Shown: positions 52,473 through 64,000 of the stretch, in pieces
Position numbering within the stretch: position 1 is the stretch's first letter
Layout of the letters: each line of letters begins with the position of its first letter
DNA from: an uncultured Methanomicrobiales archaeon
GTDB taxonomy: Archaea; Halobacteriota; Methanomicrobia; Methanomicrobiales; Methanospirillaceae
Direction of reading: 5' to 3'
NCBI GenBank assembly: GCA_963697895.1
Contig: OY969100.1
Location: 224,001 to 288,000, forward strand
DNA length: 64,000 nt
Notes under the pieces: model-generated
Seen by the model: only the letters and a program-made list of their open reading frames with translations
Told to the model about the DNA's origin: nothing
Database searches by the model: none
Program-made: the position numbers and the translations under genes

Positions 52473-52642
52473 AGATCAAGAGTATTCCGGATAATTCAGG
52501 TACCGGGCGGGCATCACCCCGGGATAGTCCTGAGATTTTTGTCTGCCAGCGGGGAGGGTCACCTTTTCATCAGTATAACCAGACGTTTCCCGTTATTTCA
52601 GTCGGGTCCGGATCATTCGGTTCACTGGATTAACCGGAGGTT

Positions 52643-52854
52643 CTCCTGGTGGTCCTGCCGGTTCAGATCCCCCGATCGCAGAGCAGTGCTCCTGGTGGTC
52701 CTGCCGGTTCAGATCCCCCGATCGCAGAGCAGTGCTCCTGGTGGTCCTGCCGGTTCAGATCCCCCGATCGCAGAGCAGTGCTCCTGGTGGTCCTGCCGGT
52801 CCAGATCACCCCGATCGCAGAGCAGTGCTCCTGGTGGTCCTGCCGGTTCAGATC
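52643..52854 (-). repeat. Near-perfect tandem repeat, 46 bp x4.5, starting at the truD stop
   Basis: Plus-strand unit CTCCTGGTGGTCCTGCCGGTTCAGATCCCCCGATCGCAGAGCAGTG; its TCA at 52848 is the truD TGA. Confidence 0.96.
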
Positions 52855-54116
52855 ATCTTCACCGGATCTGTTTTCATGTACTCCCGGCAGACCGTGGTTG
52901 CATACTGGCCCGGAGGGAGAAGGAACGCCAGTTGGACCCCGGTATCCGTGACCTCCGCCGTAACATCCGTACGGAGTGCGATGGGGCGGAGTGCACCGGC
53001 AAACCGCGTATGGACGAATACCGCGGCTGCCTGAAAGTGTTCCGGGGTGACATGGTGTTCTGCGAGGAGGCCGTTGATCATCCGGTCGCTTCCTTCGTGC
53101 GCCGGGTACGGGGTGCCACCCGGGATGAAGAGCGCGATATGGCAACGGCGCCGGCGAAGATGGAGGGCGGCCGCCTCCCGGTTTGCCGGTGTGACCCGGT
53201 CCTCCCGCCCGTTCCCGAAGACGAGCCGGTCGCCCGGTTCCGGAACGGTCAGCGATCCGCCGTTCTCCAGGCGCATGCTGAGTGCCGCATTGAAGATGTA
53301 CGACTGGAACGCGCTGACGAAGAGCGAAAGGAGCTTCGGGGGGAGCTTCCGGAGCGCTCCGGCATAATCATCCGGATGCGTATGCAGATGATGGAGCAGG
53401 GCACGTTCGTAGGTCATCTGCACCGGGAGTCCCCGGAGGGCGGCCGCCGTGGAGCGATCAGCCTGAAAGGATCTCCGCACTTCCTGCACCTCTTCCGGTT
53501 CCAGCGGGCATGCTTTGCCGACGTACGTGATCACCGCCATCTCGTACTCACCTTTGAGGATCTGTTCCCCCACGATATGCGTCAGGGGGCGGGTCACGCC
53601 GAACCGCTGGAGCCCGTAGTAGTTGGGAACTCCATCCGCGATGACCGGGGTGATCGCCTCCACCCGCTCCTTCAGGTCCGCCTCTTCCGGGTCCCGGATA
53701 CAGATCCTAAACCGGTTTCCGAGGTGGGCGCCGAGCGAGAGCGGCTCGGGGGAACGCCCGACGACCTCGATCGCGATGTCCTTCATCCGGACGCGGGCAA
53801 TATCATCCGGCGAAACGTCATAGAGGGATATCAGCTGGGTGGTGACCGCGTGTTTGTCCTTGGTACCTGCCCACCCGATCCGCCGGTGGCTGATCCCGAG
53901 CCGCCTGGCCAGCTCCTTGACCGCACGCTGCAATTCCCAGTCACGCTTGGTGAGGCGGCAGATCAGGTACGGGCCCTCCTCCCCGACCGCCCCGAAGACC
54001 TCGTCGACGACGAAGTCCTCGGGCGTCGTCCGGAGCCTGCCACCGATACCCGGGGTGTCACTCGCGTAATACTGCATCCCGAGCGTGTGCTCGAGCGGGT
54101 ACGTGCTCTCTCTCAT
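52848..54116 (-). CDS. truD: tRNA pseudouridine(13) synthase
   Basis: PEDFVVDE, AGTKDKHAVTTQ, LGNRF.I, PNYYG.QRFG, AFQSYIFN, LPPGQYAT. Confidence 0.96.
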   Translation of the reverse strand: MRESTYPLEHTLGMQYYASDTPGIGGRLRTTPEDFVVDEVFGAVGEEGPYLICRLTKRDWELQRAVKELARRLGISHRRIGWAGTKDKHAVTTQLISLYDVSPDDIARVRMKDIAIEVVGRSPEPLSLGAHLGNRFRICIRDPEEADLKERVEAITPVIADGVPNYYGLQRFGVTRPLTHIVGEQILKGEYEMAVITYVGKACPLEPEEVQEVRRSFQADRSTAAALRGLPVQMTYERALLHHLHTHPDDYAGALRKLPPKLLSLFVSAFQSYIFNAALSMRLENGGSLTVPEPGDRLVFGNGREDRVTPANREAAALHLRRRRCHIALFIPGGTPYPAHEGSDRMINGLLAEHHVTPEHFQAAAVFVHTRFAGALRPIALRTDVTAEVTDTGVQLAFLLPPGQYATTVCREYMKTDPVKMI

Positions 54117-54475
54117 AAGAGCGGGAGATCGCTCGTGATCTTATCCAGTTCTTCATTCCTTGCCGGGCCGAGCCCGAGGGCGGTGATCGTTCCGGGCGGG
54201 ATCTCGGTCAGTCCGGCGTCGTGGATCAGGGCCGCCGGTATCCCTGCCTGTTCTGCCAGGACTTTCAACTCGTAGAGCGCCCGCTCCCCGCTCACCTTGA
54301 GCACCACCTTCTTCTGCCCCTCGGAAAACCAGCTCTTCCGGGCGCCTGACGCAGCCCGCTCGTACGCGGCGACCGCGGCATGTGCCGCCTGCGCACAGCT
54401 CTTTCCGCAGCTCATCTTTATGTCGCTCCGCATGATCAGGCACTGTTTCCAGCGGAACTCCGGAGTATCTCCCAT
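54113..54475 (-). CDS. pth2: Peptidyl-tRNA hydrolase Pth2
   Basis: KMSCGKSCAQAAHA, GQKKVVLKV, DAGLTEIPPGT.T.LG.GP. Confidence 0.95.
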   Translation of the reverse strand: MGDTPEFRWKQCLIMRSDIKMSCGKSCAQAAHAAVAAYERAASGARKSWFSEGQKKVVLKVSGERALYELKVLAEQAGIPAALIHDAGLTEIPPGTITALGLGPARNEELDKITSDLPLL

Positions 54476-54583
54476 TGCGAGCATACGTAGAGCCGGGGAT
54501 ATCAAATACCTGCGTGTGCATAAGCCCGGGATCCGGGGGAGAGGTAACACAGATCGGGTTCTCCGAATGCAAGAGAGGGCAAT

Positions 54584-54810
54584 GATATTTCCCCGCGATT
54601 CCCTGCAGGTGATTCCTTCTCTGATGCTGAAGGGGGAATATCCGTGATCCCCGCCATAGATATCTCCCCGCGATTCCCTGCAGGTGATTCCTTCTCTGAT
54701 GCCGAAGGGGGAATATCCGTGATCCCCGCCATAGATATCTCCCCGCGATTCCCTGCAGGTGATTTCTTCTCTGATGCCGAAGGGGGAAATATCCGTAATC
54801 CCCGTGTATA
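54584..54810. repeat. Near-perfect tandem repeat, 75 bp x3, between divergent genes
   Basis: GATATCTCCCCGCGATTCCCTGCAGGTGATTCCTTCTCTGATGCCGAAGGGGGAATATCCGTGATCCCCGCCATA. Confidence 0.95.
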
Positions 54811-55016
54811 GTTTCGCCATTTTCCACACTCTGTCATGGTTCCCGTCCGGGGCATTTGTGTTCCCCCATAGCGATCACGGTCATATGAACCAGTTTTACG
54901 ATGAATCGCCAGTAACCCGGGAATCACGGGATCGGTGCCCTGATACCACGTCTTGCCGTGTGCACCATCTTGATGACTCCTCCCGCCGGATCTTTCCTCA
55001 GGAAGGAACAAACACG

Positions 55017-56168
55017 GTGACATACGATGTGCTCGTCGTCGGCGCCGGACCTGCCGGGAGTGCCTGCGCACGGTTCTGTGCCGAATCCGGGCTCTCGGTC
55101 CTCTGCATCGAGGAACACGCGACGATAGGACACCCGGTCCAGTGTGCGGGACTGCTCTCTCTGGCTGCGTTCGGGGAATGCGGGGTATCTTCACGACCGG
55201 TACAGCACACGGTCTCCGGCGCACGGGTGATTTCAGGCCCCGGCGCCCGGCTCTGCTTCGATGCCGGGATGCCCAGGGCATATATCGTAGACCGGGGGAT
55301 GCTCGACCGGGAGATGGCGATGGCGGCAGCAGCGGCCGGAGCGGAGTTCCGGGTGAAGACCGCCTTTCACCGGCTCGGGCAGGGGAGCGTGATCACCCGG
55401 GGGATCCACGGCCGGGAGGAGATCCCGTACCGGATGCTCATCGCTGCAGACGGTCCCCGGTCCTCCGTCGCCCGCTGTCTCGGCATGGAACGGGCACCCT
55501 GGTATCTCGCCGGGATCCAGGCAGAGGTCCCGTACCGGATGGATGACCGGTACGTGGACCTGTACCCGTCCGCTTCCCCCGATTTCTTCGGATGGGCCAT
55601 CCCGTCCGGACCCGGGCGGGCACGGGTCGGCCTCTGCGGGTTCCAGCAGACGCGATCGCGTTTTACCGAGTTCTTCCGGCAGTTCGGGGATTCATACACG
55701 GATCTCGTCACGGGGACCATCCCGCTCGGGGTCATGCCCCGTACGTATGGTCACCGGGTATTGTTCATCGGAGACGCCGCGGGGTTTGCAAAGCCCACCT
55801 CGGGCGGCGGCGTCTATACCGGGGTGCGATCTGCCCGTCATGCCGCAGAGACCGCCCTCTTCTGCTGCGAGACCGGGGACTTCTCCGGGACCGCGCTCCG
55901 GCGCTATGAACGGGGCTGGAAGGAGGACTTTGGAAAAGAACTGGCGCTCGGCCTCCAGATCTGGAAGATACGCCGGCAGATGACGCCGGAGGAGATCGAC
56001 CGGGTCATCCGGATGCTGGATGACCCGGAGATCATCGCGCAGATCATCCGTTCCGGGGACATGGACCGGCCGAGCCGGCTCGTCGCCTCCCTTATGAAAA
56101 ATCCACGGTTCTGTCTCCTTGCCGGAATACTGATCCGTTCCGGAGTACGCGGGATTATCAAACAATAA
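55017..56168 (+). CDS. Geranylgeranyl reductase family FAD oxidoreductase
   Basis: VVGAGPAGS, PVQCAG, AADG, FFGW.IP, IGDAAG..KP.SGGG. Confidence 0.9.
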   Translation: MTYDVLVVGAGPAGSACARFCAESGLSVLCIEEHATIGHPVQCAGLLSLAAFGECGVSSRPVQHTVSGARVISGPGARLCFDAGMPRAYIVDRGMLDREMAMAAAAAGAEFRVKTAFHRLGQGSVITRGIHGREEIPYRMLIAADGPRSSVARCLGMERAPWYLAGIQAEVPYRMDDRYVDLYPSASPDFFGWAIPSGPGRARVGLCGFQQTRSRFTEFFRQFGDSYTDLVTGTIPLGVMPRTYGHRVLFIGDAAGFAKPTSGGGVYTGVRSARHAAETALFCCETGDFSGTALRRYERGWKEDFGKELALGLQIWKIRRQMTPEEIDRVIRMLDDPEIIAQIIRSGDMDRPSRLVASLMKNPRFCLLAGILIRSGVRGIIKQ

Positions 56169-56226
56169 TCTTTTTTAACTATTAGTTAATACGATAGTTC
56201 ATATTCGTATTACGAAGGTGACCGGT

Positions 56227-56880
56227 GTGCACATTCCCGATGCATTCATTCCCATCTGGCAGGGGGCAATCTACTGGATTATTGCGCTGGTATTTGTTGC
56301 CCTTGCCCTGCGGTGGGCGAAGAACGAACTGAACGAACAGAAACTCCCGCTGGTCGCCGTCCTCGCAGCCGCCATCTTTGCCATCCAGGCCTTCAACCTC
56401 CCGGTCTCGATGGGGACGAGCGGGCACCTGGTCGGCGGGGCGCTCTGTGCGATCGTGCTCGGATCCCCCTTTGCGGCGGTCTTCATCCTGACCATGGTGC
56501 TGATCCTCCAGGCGGTCGTCTTCGGCGACGGGGGGGTGGTGACCATGGGAGCGAATATCATCAATATGGGCGTGATTGGGGGCTTTGTCGGCTTCTATAC
56601 CTTCAAAGGACTGATGGCAGCGACCAAAAGCATGCCGGTCTCCGCGTTCACCGCCGCATGGCTCGCGTGCTTTATCCCCGCTCTTGCGGCCGCGGTCGAA
56701 TTGTTTTTTGCGGGGACGTTCCCCCTCGTCGCGGGCCTGACTGCCATGGGGATCTACCACGCTGTCATCGGGGTTATTGAAGGGTTCATCACGGTCGCCG
56801 CGATCTACCTGATCATGAACGTCCGGCCCGACCTGGTGGATAGCGGGGTGTATCCGGCAAAGGGGGCGACTGCCGCATGA
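56227..56880 (+). CDS. cbiM: ECF Co/Ni transporter substrate component CbiM/NikM
   Basis: N-terminal (M)HIPD, GTSGHL.G, LQA..FGDGG...MGAN. Confidence 0.92.
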   Translation: MHIPDAFIPIWQGAIYWIIALVFVALALRWAKNELNEQKLPLVAVLAAAIFAIQAFNLPVSMGTSGHLVGGALCAIVLGSPFAAVFILTMVLILQAVVFGDGGVVTMGANIINMGVIGGFVGFYTFKGLMAATKSMPVSAFTAAWLACFIPALAAAVELFFAGTFPLVAGLTAMGIYHAVIGVIEGFITVAAIYLIMNVRPDLVDSGVYPAKGATAA

Positions 56881-57221
56881 TAAGCATCAAAACGTTGCTC
56901 ATCGGCGGGCTGATCCTTGCGATCCTCATCGGTGTGGCCGCGGTCTTCCTCGCATCCGCTGATCCCGACGGCCTGGAGAGCACCGCCCTCGTAGTACAGG
57001 GCGAAAAAACCCTCACGGGGGATACCCCCCCGGATGCAGAGGTCCAGGAAAATGTGGCAGATACGTTCTCGTACACCTCGCTGATGCCGGATTATTCTCT
57101 TGGCGAGGAGTGGGGGCCGGTGGGGGGGGTTATTGCGATCGTGCTCGGGATAATCCTTGCCTTCTCCCTGGCGATCGGGATCGCGTATACCGTGAAGATC
57201 GCCGCTAAACCGAACAAATAG
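56877..57221 (+). CDS. PDGLE-domain protein (NikN-like)
   Basis: AS.DPDGLE and MPDY between two TM helices. Confidence 0.88.
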   Translation: MISIKTLLIGGLILAILIGVAAVFLASADPDGLESTALVVQGEKTLTGDTPPDAEVQENVADTFSYTSLMPDYSLGEEWGPVGGVIAIVLGIILAFSLAIGIAYTVKIAAKPNK

Positions 57222-57255
57222 AACTTTACATTTTTTCATCCAACCCTAACCGCAC

Positions 57256-58091
57256 ATGCACCTGATCGAGACACGGGATCTCAGTCTACGTATATCCGGG
57301 CGGCGTGAAGGCCCTCGAAGGGATCAATTTCATTGCGCCGAGAAAAGCGCGGATCGCGGTGATCGGATCCAATGGTGCAGGGAAGAGCACCCTTTTCAAG
57401 CACTTCAATGGAATTCTGAAGCCCTCGGCAGGTTCGGTCCTGGTCAAGGGAGAACCGATCACCAAGGATAACATCCGGGAAGTGCGGAAAGTCTGTCGGG
57501 ATCGTCTTCCAGAACCCGGATGACCAGATATTCGCCCCGACGGTCGAACAGGATGTCGCATTCGGTCCGACCAATCTCGGGCTCGATGAAGAGACGGTCC
57601 ACCACCGGGTACACGAATCCCTTCGCATCGTCGGTATCGAGGATATCGCGACGCGGGTCCCGCACCATCTGAGTGGCGGAGAGAAGAAGCGGGTGGCGAT
57701 CGCCGGCGTGATCGCGATGGAACCCCAGGTTCTGGTCCTCGACGAACCGACCGCCGGGCTTGACCCGCAGGGTGTACGGGATTTTAACGTCTTCATCAAC
57801 TCTCTCTCCGAGAAATACGGGATGACGGTGATCTTTTCCACCCACGATGTCTCGCTGGTCCCCGAGATCGCCGACTTTCTCTATGTGATGAATAAAGGCA
57901 GTATTGTTGCCGCAGGAACGATCGAGGAGATCTTCGTCCAGCCTGATATGCTGAAAGCAGTCCGGCTGGACGTGCCGGTTCTCCCGAAGCTGATCGGCAC
58001 CCTCAGATCGCAGGGGGTTCAGATCACGATGGCGTATACCTACGCGGATGCAGAAGCGGCATTCCTGGAAGCATTCGGCCGCCGACCATGA
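57256..58091 (+). CDS. cbiO: ECF ATPase CbiO (two frameshifts, ~57287 and ~57493)
   Basis: GSNGAGKST, VFQNPDDQ, LSGGEKKRVAIAG, LDEPTAGLD across frames. Confidence 0.9.
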
Positions 58092-58915
58092 TCGAAGAAC
58101 TCTTTGATATCGAACGGTTCGCATACCGGGACAGTGTCATCCACCGGCTGGATGCACGGGTGAAGATCATCGTCGTATTTGCCACGATCATCGCGATCGT
58201 CTCCGTGCCGTACTCGCCGATGGTCTTCACCGTCGGCGCGCTGTTTCTCCTTTTTTTTGCGATCCTCTGGGGGTTTACCCGACTCTCCCCCTTCGTGTAC
58301 CTGAAACGTGCCCTTATCATCATCCCTTTGTGGGGGATCGTCATCCTCTTCCAGATCTTTTTAAAAAACCCGTATTATACGGAATACACCACACTCGTCA
58401 GCCTGCCGTTCGGGATCAACATCTATGCCGAATCGATACAGTTCGCGTTCATCCTCTTTGTGAAATTCATCGTCACCATCTCGTTCGTCATCCTGCTCTC
58501 CTCGACCACGAAGCTCCAGGATATGCTCGATGGAGGACAGCGACTCGGACTTCCGGCGGATTTCGCCCTCGCGATGGGGATGATGATCCGGTACCTCTTC
58601 GTCTTCGGCTACATGTACCGGAAGATCAAACAGACGCTCGAGAGCAAAGCGTTCGACCCGTTCGATCGAAACCTGCCGTACCGGTACCGGATGCGCCAGA
58701 TCGGGTACACTATCGGCACGATGTTCATCCGGTCCTACGAGCAGGGGGAGCGGGTCTACATCAGTATGCTCTGCCGGGGGTACGGGAAGAAAAGCCACCT
58801 GTTCCTCAAGAAAAGAGAATTCAGTACGGCAGAATGGGCATTTCTCGCAACCGGGCTTCTCTTTGTTATTCTGGTCCCTGTCACGGTGTGGATATCCCGG
58901 TTCCGCCTTATTTAG
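58088..58915 (+). CDS. cbiQ: ECF transmembrane component CbiQ
   Basis: HRLDARVK, RYLFV, FIRSYEQGERVY.SM.CRGY. Confidence 0.92.
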   Translation: MIEELFDIERFAYRDSVIHRLDARVKIIVVFATIIAIVSVPYSPMVFTVGALFLLFFAILWGFTRLSPFVYLKRALIIIPLWGIVILFQIFLKNPYYTEYTTLVSLPFGINIYAESIQFAFILFVKFIVTISFVILLSSTTKLQDMLDGGQRLGLPADFALAMGMMIRYLFVFGYMYRKIKQTLESKAFDPFDRNLPYRYRMRQIGYTIGTMFIRSYEQGERVYISMLCRGYGKKSHLFLKKREFSTAEWAFLATGLLFVILVPVTVWISRFRLI

Positions 58916-59632
58916 CCTAATCATCCCTGTTTATGAATTCAGCAAGCCTGTTGAGACCCGGGCCCCTGCCATTTCAATCGGAAAACAGGAATCCGGATCA
59001 TGGTGCATTAAAAAAAAGAGTGATTAAAAAAAAATGAGTGAAATGGATCTCCCTGATTTCTGTCAGGGTACGATACGGCATTGCGATAGAGGCGATTGCA
59101 TGGGTATCGAATGAACCATTGAATTCGTTTTCGGTTTCCCCTCGATACCACGAGAACTTTTTCCGATCAGGTATCCCATTCCGGAGATCTTTCTCTCCCG
59201 AACACTCCCCCGACATCCCGAATTCCCCCGATTCCGGGCTGATCGGTCGATATCATGGTTCTTCTCCTCGCTTTCCTGCCCCTTGAATGATATAACCCAT
59301 ATTCGGCTGAGTGGATAACCCGTGCATGGCGGGATCGTTTCCCCGCGAAATGAAGGAAGTGTTCCATCGTTCGCACCGTTTCACCGACCACCTCGGGGAA
59401 TATTGCAACGCTCCAATAATAAATATTTTGATTTATGTATCACTAAATGTGTACATTCACTTTTATAATATGAAATATATTATGAAAACCCGGGCATCCC
59501 TTTCAATCGTCCATGGTTGGTAATCCTGGTTCCCTTCAATCCTCATATACCGTCCCATGGTTTTACGCTCTGTCTCGTGATCGTCCCTCGCCTGACCGTA
59601 TCATTTTTCTCTCTCCCTGCCGATCATGAAAC

Positions 59633-59941
59633 ATGGCGAGTAAATTCGGACGGGGTTTTATCGTAAACCTGATGCATATCTCGAACCATTTCGTCCTTAC
59701 ACCCGAGCAGGCGTTTTACGGGGTCGCGGACCATCTCGATGATCTGATCCTTCCCGAGCAGTTCAGGGACACCGAGGTGGAATCCCTCGTCAACCAGCTC
59801 CGGAAACACCTTATCTGGCACCAGCCCGGTCCCCTGGACCGCGAGGAGGCGGCCGAAATAACCCGGATCCTGAACCGGCTGGTTGTCGCGATCGACAAGG
59901 CGCTCGGGATAAAAGACCCGGATATCGGCGAGTTCCGGTGA
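59633..59941 (+). CDS. Conserved hypothetical protein
   Basis: SKFG.G, GVADHL, IDK.LGI.DPD.G; typical codon usage. Confidence 0.75.
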   Translation: MASKFGRGFIVNLMHISNHFVLTPEQAFYGVADHLDDLILPEQFRDTEVESLVNQLRKHLIWHQPGPLDREEAAEITRILNRLVVAIDKALGIKDPDIGEFR

Positions 59942-60128
59942 ACGGTTAATCGGAAGGTGGGCAGGATTAAATCCTCACAGGACCAATATTTACTGTGATT
60001 TACCGCGTGCCCGGGCGGTACCGCCGGGTACCTCAGGCCCGGCATGCCGGTTCCTGTCAGGAGGTTCCTCTCCGGTCCAAGGCAGAGGAATCTCTATTCC
60101 ATGACAACGCCCGGTCGCGTTTTCTTGA

Positions 60129-64000
<3,872 letters not shown>

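Noticed and set aside
29159-54810. Tandem arrays as CRISPR arrays
   Set aside because: Whole units repeat with no unique spacers, each array has a different unit, and no cas genes are present
49490-57500. Programmed frameshifting in tfs, the CDP-alcohol transferase and cbiO
   Set aside because: No shared slippery motif; scattered indels in many genes fit sequencing error better

Overview
A GC-rich archaeal chromosome segment, most likely from a Methanomicrobiales methanogen (Methanoregulaceae/Methanolinea-like). This is inferred from F420-type fdhAB, mfnD/mfnF-like genes, archaeosortase A, TBP, TFS, an archaeal pilin and gyrBA. Most of the window is housekeeping: proS, thiD, kup, DEAD helicase, phoU, rbr, surE, rpiA, truD, pth2, a geranylgeranyl reductase, cbiMNOQ and gyrB/gyrA. 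The less ordinary content is as follows. (1) An AT-richer accessory island at about 6.5-16 kb holds a decayed and an intact pilin, a PEGA lipoprotein and a 1896-aa mosaic surface protein bracketed by a duplicated permease 5' end. It also holds an ~860-bp non-coding inverted pair of homologous origin-like modules (iteron clusters, AT-rich tract, conserved core), in which the repeat motif changes coherently between arms (TGGGAACAG vs TGGGAAACG). (2) About ten intergenic tandem arrays, each with its own 30-85 bp unit; five begin on the stop codon or last codons of the adjacent gene. (3) A pseudo-receiver-PAS-PAS-diadenylate cyclase. (4) An unnamed ~180-aa domain shared by two secreted proteins, one of which carries a clan GH-A glycoside hydrolase domain. 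Many single-base frameshifts in conserved genes suggest assembly indel errors. All calls are by eye; no searches were run.
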